From Kudoa neothunni (Eukaryota > Animalia > Cnidaria): a stretch of DNA of 64,000 nt. The notes beneath the pieces were generated by a model. It had not been told where the DNA came from. It saw only the letters and a program-made list of their open reading frames with translations, and did no database searches. The DNA lies in the NCBI GenBank assembly GCA_964304625.1, contig OZ199839.1, positions 1,552,093-1,616,092 of the forward strand, in the 5' to 3' direction. Below, in pieces: positions 13,784 to 24,256 of this stretch. The position numbers and the translations under genes are program-made. The number at the start of each line of letters is the position of its first letter. Position 1 is the stretch's first letter.

Positions 13784-15997
13784 CTAATATCTTTTGTAAT
13801 CAGTTATGTCAATGTTCAATGAGATTTTTTTCACGTCATCACACAACACGCTAGTCAAATCAAGTTGACCCAGTTCTAACATAGTGGATGCCACAAGGAA
13901 ACCTCTTCCAAAACTTTTTTTGGCGTATAAGTTTACGCCGATGGAACTTTCGGCTAGTTTTTCCTCTTCCATGTGGTAAAAAGTGAAGTTATTATTAAAA
14001 AACGGTCTCTGAATAGGTTTCCATCTGGTGGAATAATGGTACAGTTTCCTTGGATACTCTTTCAACTTTATCTATTAAAGAACGTTAGAGCAATGAGTAT
14101 AAAAATTCCGTCCTTATCTCTATATTTATAATGGAATTACTTTGAGACTTTTCCATCCAATGTAGTTGATAAGGTCGTTCATCCCAGCAACCGATATAAT
14201 TGTGATATTTAGAACTTTTCCGGTTTTATTCCAACTGGCGAAATATTTGATCATTACTGGGATAGTTTCATGGTAACTTTGTTCTGTCTCGGTACTATCG
14301 TGGATATCTTGTAGGTTTTGTTCCTCCGTCTGAGTGGTAGGGATGTCTTCTTGCAAAGTATTTCCAAGATCATCTGTCATCTTGGTAAGGCTATGGATAC
14401 GACGAGTGTCAGCTTCGGTTTTCAGTTCATCGGTGTTGTCTATTTTTAAAAGAACAGGAGATGAATGAGAGACTCCTGAGCTTTTGCCGAGACTTTCGGT
14501 CTTAGTTTGAACGATTTCTTGTGAATCAAGTATTTTTTGGGGGCTACGTTCCTCAGCCTTTTCTGTTTCTCCTTTTTGAGCTGTTTGTTTCTTTTCTGCT
14601 CATATTATAACAATTACATTGCATATAACTAAAATACTTTGAATCTTTTCGAGTGAAGAGACCAACTTTTTGCTAAATTTATTGTCCACAAAATCACTTA
14701 TATCCTCAGAACTCTCCGGTTTTTCAGTCGTGTTGAGGTTTTCATCGTTATTTTTATTCCTCAAAAGAGATTCCATTATATATGACTGTGGTTCTTGTGC
14801 ATCATCCTTCAATACAATTACGTCATCGTTTGAGGCGAATGTTTTTTTAGTTTGATCCTCTGAGTCGTTCTTTTGGAATTTGGGTGGCTGATTTCTGTCT
14901 GGATGCATCTTTATTCGGCCCGTTGATGACGAAATTGTCAGGGGAATCAGAATGCCCCTTTTATCAATAGATTCCCTATCCATTATAACAGGTATTGCTG
15001 AGCATTCTTTCTCATTCGATATGCTAGCATTGGTCTCTTCTGATTCGGCTATTTGAAATAAAACCGTTTCATTGTTGACATTAGAATTTTCCTTATTTAT
15101 GGATTTGGCAGAGCTGCTATCAGGATTACTCTTATTAATAGATTTTATTGAACTGCTTTCGGGAATACGCTTATTTATAGATTTGATCGAGCTGCTATTT
15201 TCAGTTCCTTTGCTTAAACGACTTGTTGTTGAACTTCTACTAAAAATACCTTTAATTCTTTGACTGTAACTACTGGATTGACTTTTTAATTCTTTTGATA
15301 ACGAGTTTTGGTTGCTACTGCTGACCTTAATTGACGATTCTTTTGACGATGACAAAACTACACTGCTACTTTTAGTTGTAATACTCTCGGGTGTAGAAAC
15401 CCTTTCATTTATAAAATTAGTGTTACTGTCATCATAATCTACATCATCATCGTAAGCAGCAGCACCGTCATCAATAACTATAATAGGAATTGGTCTTTCT
15501 AACGGTTGTTTGCTTGAAGTTGAACTTTTTGGGGTAGTACTACTTTTTGTGTTATCAGCATTTGAAGATGCTGAAGAAATAATGTCGTATGAATCAGTTT
15601 TTTTAGTTATTAAATTGTTCGATTCATGAATAACATTATCACGGTTAACATTATCATCGTAAACATAGTTAGTTGAAATTTTTTCGGGTGATAAATCGGA
15701 TTCTATCACTGCCTGTGTGATATGGTTCGGTTCGCAATTTTGAAGATCGATCTTAATGGAGTTATCCGAGAGATCAGCTTCTGAGGGCTCATCTTCGGGA
15801 AGCTCTTTCTGTATTTTTCTTCTTCTCAGAAAAATATAGACAAAAGCTCCCACTAAAAATAGCAGCCCTAACAAAACTGAGTAGATAATTATCTGCACAT
15901 ATATAGGATAATCTAAACTTGGTTTTTATTTACAATCAAACACTGAAAATATACCTAAAACTGACAATGAAATTAGATCAGTCGAGTTTCCAAACAT
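13784..15997 (-). CDS. Synaptotagmin-like type III membrane protein with a long Ser-rich linker and one C-terminal C2 domain (Syt14/16-like C2)
   Basis: Four exons join in frame: MFGNSTDLISLSVLD|YPIYVQ, TM IIIYSVLLGLLFLVGAFVYIFL + RRRK, a long low-complexity linker, then C2-like WNKTGKVLNITII...RPFFNNNFTFYHMEEEKLAESSIGVNLY...VASTMLELGQLDL. Start codon is inferred; C2 call is by motif resemblance. Confidence 0.6.
15092..15196 (-). repeat. Coding tandem repeat, 3 x 39 bp (13 aa)
   Basis: SSSIKSINKRIPE / SSSIKSINKSNPD / SSSAKSINK in the linker of the C2 protein. Confidence 0.85.
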
Positions 15998-16988
15998 GGA
16001 TGATTTTGTTGGCGTCGATTGAATAGTATAATATGAATCGTACTTTCCATGGTGAACTCAAGAAAACAGTGTCAATATCTTTGGCTAATAATCTTCATTT
16101 TAACAAGTGTATATATCTGTATCAGTGCCTTCTTGATCCATTCTAAGATTAGAATTCCATATAGAATCGCTGGATGGAAATAAAAATATTATTTATTTAT
16201 TTGTCAAAAGAAATATTTACATAAAAGATAATTTTCTTCATTTAATTTTTGAATGTTGAAAATAAACTTGTTTTGAACGCTTTTGAGTGCATAATATAAT
16301 TTATTACTTCCGAAATTTGCGTAAAATTTATTCCAAACATTTTTCGAGGTTAAAGAAATACAATAAGCTTGATTTGAACAAAATCAAAGTATTTTTACTT
16401 TAATTTACACAATTAAATAAGGATACTTTGCGTACTATTCAAAATCTGCCGTTTTCGTTGAACAAGATATGAATTTTTGTTTTTTCAAATTAATTTAATA
16501 TAATAAATACAACATTTGATAGTGAAGCCTTATTTAAAAAAAAGGAATTTTTAGATTTTTTTATTAAATGATTTCAAATGTTCATATTTTAAGCTTAAAC
16601 CAATTTCCATTAAAAATTATATAAATAAAACATTACATTCAAAATTGATTCACACATTTAGCTTCCTCATTTAATGTTTAGATTTATAGTTATAACAAGA
16701 AATGTAAAGTCCATCATTCCGAGCAAGCGCGATTTTTCACATCGTATATTTTGCACTAAAATATGAAATATTTAATTCAAATATCAACTACGAATCATGT
16801 ATATCCGTATTTAATAAAATATTTTAGTTTCCATTCAATTATTTCCTAAAAAAGACAAGAAAAAAATTAATTTATTATGTTTTATTTACACTTGTTCTCT
16901 CATTAAAATAGAATGTTTTTACGTAATTTTAGTAGAAAAATTTCGCCGGACTGGTAATTTATTTGTTGTATAATTTCTTTTTAAGCAG

Positions 16989-17213
16989 GGATGCGGAGTT
17001 GTCCTCATAAATAACAGGGGCTGTGGAATATTAAATGCACCGAGAAGAGCGGGTTTTATGTTCTTCTCAGAGGAGGGCGCGTTCCCCATTAAAATAAGGA
17101 AGCGCTGCTTTCACCGATTTTTCCGCATGCGCGTTAACTTAGAATTGAGATCAAGATTTGAGTTGCCTCTGCGTCCATGGAAATTGAGTACTGACATATA
17201 ACACTCATACCAT
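16989..17213 (+). ncRNA. Putative structured non-coding RNA (or structured 5' leader), family unknown
   Basis: GC-rich island with closing stem GGATGCGGAG (16989-16998) / CTCTGCGTCC (17167-17176), several internal stems and a 3' hairpin. Non-Watson-Crick pairs within the stems are G.U on the + strand. Confidence 0.45.
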
Positions 17214-17267
17214 AATTTATCATGTTGATGTAGCATCTTAAATATATTAAAGACAAAAATTATCTCA

Positions 17268-17964
17268 ATGGATCAATTGGTGTATTGTCCATTTGACAAA
17301 AACCACAAAATTAAAGGAAAACGCATTACAGCTCACATCACCAAATGCATTAGGGTGAGATGTAATGAATTTATAATTTTATCAATTTTTAGAATCAAAC
17401 TGACAAAATATTCAAAGTATGCCCATATCACGCGTTACATTATGTTTCTCCCGAAAATTACGCTGCTCATATATTTGAATGTCCGAACAAGGTATATTTG
17501 ACTTTAAGTAAGTTATAACACATATTTAGGAAGAAAGTGACGATGATAGTAATTTATTTCGTAGGAATTATAGATTAAATTTTTTTAAGATTTAACTATC
17601 GAGGATCAAACTAATAATACCGAAAAATTTATTTATGAATCGATAAAATTCTTGGATACTGCGGTTCCAAAAATATCTACTAAGGTTGAACCAAAAAATA
17701 TCAACCCATTTATGTAATTTTAATGCAATATTAATTTAATTTGTTTTATCGCTACATTACTTTAGAGATAGTTATCCTTATAAATCTGGCCTTCTAACAT
17801 ATTTGAGCAACGATCCAATAGATTTTTTCGATAAACTATCTCGCAACGAAACCCACTCGAAAGAGAATCATTTCCAATTCACAGCAATGGAATTACAAAA
17901 TATGTTTGTTTTGCAACCCATCAACGCCCAAATGAGCGATTTTCTTAAAAACTATTTACCATGA
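17268..17964 (+). CDS. GTSF1: GTSF1/Asterix-like protein with two CHHC (U11-48K-type) zinc fingers
   Basis: Exon 1 CPFDKNHKIKGKRITAHITKC and exon 2 (after intron 17355-17392) CPYHALHYVSPENYAAHIFEC: two tandem N-terminal CHHC fingers followed by an acidic stretch. 3' exons are uncertain (stop near 17717 or at 17964). Confidence 0.75.
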
Positions 17965-18178
17965 GCTATTTTTTGTTGTTTTATTGAAAAATGTGTAGTT
18001 CTAATTTAATTAACTGAATTCACTATGCGATAGCGTCCTATCGTGTTTGTTATCAGGTGACAAATTCTCTTTGGAGTTTATCCAAATCATTAAGTCACAC
18101 TTTGAAAATCGAAACACACAAACATATCATTTATCATTATTGAGGCTTATTTTTATTTTCATAGCGATTACTTCAATT

Positions 18179-19734
18179 ATGATTAATCTGAAGATCATAT
18201 TGTTTGAGAAGATTCTTCTGTTAGTTTTTCTTCAATTGACCACCTCTAAGAACACTCTCAAAACAACTGTAAGCAGTTTTCGAACTGTTCTCTCCAGATA
18301 TCGTCCCCTTTTTAATGTTACAGCTTACGAAGATAGTGATGTATTCCCAACTGTATATCATTCCAATTTTAGTAATCCATTAGACGTTGTCTCCAGTGAT
18401 AAATTGGGCATCATCTTAGGTGAATCTGAATGGCCTAAAGGAACATATGGACTGCCTAAACCCATAAGTGGCTGTCCCAGTGATATTAATCCGTGGGAAA
18501 AGGGTTGGCGATATCATGACACAGAAAACAGCCTTAATGAAAATGGATTTTCAAAACAACTTCATATCGACGGTAGTGTCACTGAAGAAGGAATTTTACA
18601 TAAATTCTGCATCAAAACCTACCCAGCAGGATCATACACGTACAATTTGAAAATAATGGTTATGCTGTGTGGTGAAAATTGATCTTTAGTTGGCCGAAAG
18701 GCCGGTATTGTTTCTATCAATACGATTTCCACTGTCCACGTGAAACCAAACCTGGCTATGTGTTTTGGGATGATGAAAACACAAACAATCATAATCGAAA
18801 AGCAGGAACAGTGCCGTCAGGATCGTATACAATGGATACTGAAATAAGATTCTGCTGTCGAATTGATGGGGATACATCCAAACCTATAGTATTACCTTCG
18901 AAAACACCTTTCTATTTGTTCCCATATCTTTCTGCTAATTGTCAAAGGGTAAAATTTATTTTTCGCCAAAAATCCATTACTAATAGCAATTCCATTAGTA
19001 TTTTTGGCGAAATTATGTATTTTTTAGGTTGTTGGGATGAATTCAAATATTGAATTTATTAAATTCGATAACGAAGACACAAACAACAGCAACTCTCAAG
19101 CTGGAGAGTACCCTTACGGTATCGACCCCTCAAAAGAAGATATCTATTTGTACATGTGTTATTACTCACCAGAAAATTTAAAAATGGCAGAGATTCCTTT
19201 TGAAAAATCTACAACACATTCACCTACTATTCGCATCCAATCTACACATAATGTAACTAATAAAAATGATAGAACCGATACGCTCGAATTGGACACAAAT
19301 GTAACAGCTACCAGAAGTTTAGATATGATAATCTTTCCTTAGAGTGCTATCAAGGATGTTCATGTTGAAACTAACACCACAACTGATGTTTCTTCGAAGA
19401 AACTGATATACATTCCTATATTGGGAGTGATGATATTTATTCTTCTATTTATATTTCTAATCATTTTTTACATGAAACAATCATCAAAAATAATAAAAAT
19501 ACCTGATAAAAATATCCACAATATGGTATACTAATTTTGGGTTTGTAACTGATAATTTTTTCATTGTAGAATGTGCCAAAAAATGCACTCAACACACTTG
19601 ACTTTCCCGAGTTTGATAACGAAGCGGAGTTTGACGATGAAACTCCACTTGTATATGATCATTCGCTACATGGATGGGGAATGGGCGGCAAGCAAATGAG
19701 TGCTATGCTATCACACCAATCTCAACCACATTAA
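18179..19734 (+). CDS. Apextrin C-terminal (ApeC) domain type-I membrane protein
   Basis: Signal peptide MINLKIILFEKILLLVFLQLTTS; ApeC motifs WPKGTYGLPKPISGCP, HDTEN, WPKGRYC, WDDEN, FCCR, LPSKTPFYL, FDNED, CYY; Thr-rich stalk; TM LIYIPILGVMIFILLFIFLIIFY (~19403-19470); short acidic tail; stop TAA 19732-19734. Confidence 0.85.
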
Positions 19735-19966
19735 TCTTTGACCAGCTAAACAAACTATTTTAAAATCTTGTATATTTTTATATAAATAGAATGCTGTAAT
19801 TTTTTGTGTAAATGTAAAGCGGAACGTTATAAATTTTATTTCGATCTTCTTGTTTAATTTAATTTTTTTAGGTCGCAAATTAAAATATTATATTTTCACC
19901 TTATGGATTCTAATTTTTTTAAATTATTACAACTTTGATGATTAAAATCCCCAAAATATAAATTTA

Positions 19967-19969
<3 letters not shown>

Positions 19970-19998
<29 letters not shown>
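19970..19998. repeat. (TA)n microsatellite
   Basis: Perfect TA run next to the piggyBac end. Confidence 0.9.
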
Positions 19999-20000
<2 letters not shown>

Positions 20001-20009
20001 CTCCATTAA

Positions 20010-22679
20010 CCCTCGAATACCTGTGAAAAAAAGTTACACGAATACCTGAACAGGACCACAGTGGTCCTGTGCTATTTTCTTCCAATATAGTTGGAATCAT
20101 AGCATCTAATCCATAGATCTAAAATCCTCGACCTTTGTCTTTATATTGTGAGGCAATATATTTAAAAAAAATTAATACTAATATATTTTTAGGAACTATT
20201 AATTAATGCGTGCGCCACCAATAACGAAATACTATGGGTAAATTCATATTAAAAATAATAAAATGTATTGTAATATAAATTAAAAATATACGCTGAATGA
20301 CAATTAAACATCTTATTTTTAAAGACTAAAATTTTCTACATTCTCACTGATACTTATTTGATATACGTTATAAGATTTTTGTATTGATCAAAATCCACTG
20401 TCAGAAATGGGTTGTTAATTAATTCAACACACTTTTTTAAAAGAAACTTTATAAATATTTATATGTTCTACTTGGAAACCTTATAATTAGACTTTAATCA
20501 AAGTAACTGAAAATAACTTAAACGCTCCCTTTTACCAAATTATCCCTTCAAACATCAATTTACTTGTATAAAAATCATTGTATTTACAAAATATTGAATA
20601 TATATATAAATAAAAATATAAACGTCTAATAAAAGAAGAAAAAAATTCAATTATGTAATGAATATGTTTTAGTCGCAATGACATGTATTACATTCTACAA
20701 TATTAGTTCGGTGGCTTTCACAAACATACTGTTGGCATTTTGTACAAGATATTCCATTTTTTTTCTTTTTACCCACAGAACAAATGCGACACAAACTTCT
20801 TCCGGAAAAATATTCTGTTTTTTAATCTGGATTGATTTGGCAGTATCGTCATCTGCAAATAACTCCTCAACAAGCATTGTCAAGAATTTTCTTCTTGATT
20901 GCTCTTTCTTAGTTTGATGGAACTGAGGATTTCTATTAATATGCAAAAGATAATCATTGTAAACAGCTATATCAATTATATTGAAAAAAATTGCCATCGG
21001 CCAACGACGAGTAGCTCGCTTGGTGGAATAGCAACGGATAATGCGGTCTAGAGAATCAACACCACCTTTGGTTGAATTGTAACAGATTACAATTCCAGAC
21101 TTTTTGGTCTCCTTGTTTATCGCAACGTTCCGATGTTGAGAGCTTAAAATAACTACCGATCTGTTTTTCTTCCGGTTGGACTTCACCGGAGTAAATTTGT
21201 CCTGAAAAAGAAATTTGATTTCATTCCCAGTACCTTTTGGTGACTGCATTTTGGGAACAAGAAATTTTTTATTTGTTCTTACTATTCCAACAATAGTAGT
21301 ATTATTTGGAATAAGGTACCTTGCAAGCGATAAAGTGGTAAAAAAATTATCTGTAGTTACATTTCGACCTTTATTTAAGTATGTTGCATTAGATTTTTCA
21401 TTACGTTTTCGCCTTGGTTATTTTCAACCGCATCATTTTCCTTACCAATGTATATTTTTGCATTGTAAAGATAAGCATTTGATGAATCACACAACGCCCA
21501 GATTTTGATTCCATACTTACCAGGTTTTGAAGGAATAAACATTTTGAAGGGGCATCGTCCTCTAAATGTTACATGCTACTGATCAACAGTCATCTGAGAG
21601 AATGGGTTGTAACATTCCCTGCATGTCTTTATGGAGCAGTCAAAAATATGTCTAGTTGGAGCTAATTTATCATCACGATTTCTACTACGTCTATTATCAA
21701 ATCTAATAGAAGTAGTAATTTTTTCGAAGTGATTTCTGGATATCTTTTATTATGGATGATAGGGCGTATTTTTCACTCCAGAACTCTCTGATATTCTCGT
21801 TTTCCCTTTTACCACTCCAATAAATATGACTGCATCCGAATAAATGTTGAGTTCTTCCAAATCAATTTTCTTTATGTAGGGTTTTTCTAGTTTTATGAAC
21901 ATATTTGTGCTATATACGATCTTAACAAGTAAAAAAGAAGTCAGGAAATTACTAAATACTATAAATGGAGTCAGTCATGAAAGTCTTGCTTCTTTTGAAA
22001 ATACTGGTTTCCCCTTGTATATATTTTACTGTATTACTCTCCTTTTAATTCTTTTTGGAGTTCTGTATCACTTTTCTCCGTCTTTTGAGACGACACAGGA
22101 GATTTCTGAAGCATCTTCGATATTTCGTCGCTGTCATTTACATCTAATCATTTTCGTTATTGACCAGTTCATTTATGGTTTCATCTAAATCTTCAGATTA
22201 TATTTCTTCAAATAATAAGACATCAATGCTTTCATCTTAAGGTTCAAGAAAATTAATTTCTCTATCAGAACTCATTTTTGACCTTTTCTAGCACATTGAC
22301 CTCGCGCCATAAATTTCGTTTATACGTTTTAATGTTCTTAATTTAAATTATAATTTGTTATAAAATACTCAGTTATATACATAATCAATCATAAAACGTT
22401 ATTTCTAGATTTCAGTAATTTTAATAATGTTTCAAAGGTTGACTAGATCATTAGTTTCAGGTGGACCGCTGTGATCCTACTCAGGTATTTACATAACTTT
22501 TTGTTTTTTCATTTATGCGCTAAGTTACCAAATCAGAAAATCTAATATTTTAACATTTTATTTAGTAAGGTTACACAATAAAATACACATAATTAGAAAT
22601 TAATAACTTATAAACCTGAAAAGATACTAAAGGTTTTTTCGTTAGTGGATCACAATGGTCCACTCCAGGTATTCGAGAT
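20010..22679 (-). mobile_element. piggyBac (PGBD4-like) transposon with frameshifted transposase
   Basis: TTAA|CCCTCGAATACCTG ... CAGGTATTCGAGAT|TTAA; internal palindromes GGACCACAGTGGTCC and GGATCACAATGGTCC; minus-strand remnants MTVDQ..TFRGRCPFKMFIPSKPGKYGIKI, NVTTDNFFTT, YNSTKGGVDSLD and TRRWPMAIFFNIIDIA with several frameshifts and stops. Confidence 0.92.
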
Positions 22680-24256
22680 TTAAGTTTGACATAACTTTTA
22701 AATTAAGCAAATTTCATTGTTTTTAAATGCGATTTTTTATTCAAAATTAAATATTCTTTGATATAAAGGGCTGTAAATAATCGCGACCCAAATCAATTGA
22801 TATGATGTCATTCGAGCTTAAAAATCCGCGTCATTAATATTAGGGAATAACGCGTTATGAACCTACAAATTTCTAGAGATCATTCTAGTCTAGGTGGCCA
22901 GAAAAACGTTGAAATATTTTCGACATACTCATGTAAATAATCAGTACCACCTAATTGGTCATTGCATTTCCCAGTGTCATAACACATTCTTCCATGCTTT
23001 CCAAGTCTGATTCAGACATGTTGTATTCAATATTGCCTCAACCTTCAAATAATTATCGATGTAATCTTCAGTATTATTTTAATTATTTTTTGAGAAAAAC
23101 AAATTCAATTGTTAGGAAAAGCAACAAAACATAGGAGATCAATCGGATTAGTTATCTCTTATCTATAGCGGCAATCTTCTGAGATTTTTGTCGCTATTTT
23201 CATACACATGTAATGTTAAAATGAAATATATTTTTTATTATTTCACTAAAATTTATATTTACAAAATAAATAATTGAGATTACTAATATTTATAATTGCA
23301 TGCAATCAAAATATTTTATTTTAATATGAATTTAAAAACCAGAGAAAAAATATTTTCGCCACCATATATGGCCATACGTGTTTTATGAGTATTATAAAAA
23401 TTATAATATCAACGGAAACCGTTTTTTAGAGGTATGATCAGAAAGACGTATCTTGGAGTCTCGGTAGACCCCGCTTGGTCCCATAAGGGTTAAGAGATCG
23501 TGCGGTGTTTATTAAAGATTAATAGTGGTTGTGGATCCGAAATTTAACTAAATCAATAATTCATATATATTATTTTAATATATCCATAAAATTATTACTT
23601 GTTTGATTCGTCCAAAAATATAAAAATAATGTCGTTTGCAATAATTAACAAACAAAATTTTGTATATAAAACGCCTTGATGTTATATTTATTTATAATTA
23701 ACTATTCTCACAGTTATACTCATTCATATTAACTCATCTTGAATATATTCTGTTTTTGAATGAAAGAATTACTTGTCATATTTAATCCTGGTAGAAAAAG
23801 TGAAATTATATATTTTATAAATAAAGTAGGAGGTATATGTAAATTGTGAACTATATTTTATGATTATTTTAGTCTTTAATTATAAATATAATCATTTCGT
23901 TTTTTCTGTTCAAATCTTATATAGAAATTTTAAATCATTGTTATGTGTTTAATATTAATATAAATAATGGATTCTTAAAATCAATTTGGAAAATTATATT
24001 TACTATTTTTAATAAGATTTGAGAAAAATTTTAATTTTACAAATTTTGAAGTCAATGTAGCAAAGGATCTGTGAACTTTTACCGATATATTCTCTAATGA
24101 AGCAATATTGTGGAATAAACTCAAAATTAAGTTTATAAATTTTAGGTTTTTAACCATGTATAATAGAATTAAATATTCTATGAATATAAAATAACGAATG
24201 CATAAAAAACAAAACTAAAATAAAACAAATAATTATTACAAAGCCTTTTCAAAAAT

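Noticed and set aside
17001-17024. GTCCTC..ACAGGGGCTG resembling the RNase MRP P4 strands
   Set aside because: The two strands are adjacent (a simple hairpin) rather than at opposite ends of the RNA, and the GAAAG CR-I motif is missing.
23455-23493. Solo piggyBac-like end (GGAGTCTCGGTAGACCCC..AAGGG|TTAA); similar motif at ~56873, and a hAT-like end at ~56983-57006
   Set aside because: No partner termini found, so element boundaries cannot be supported.
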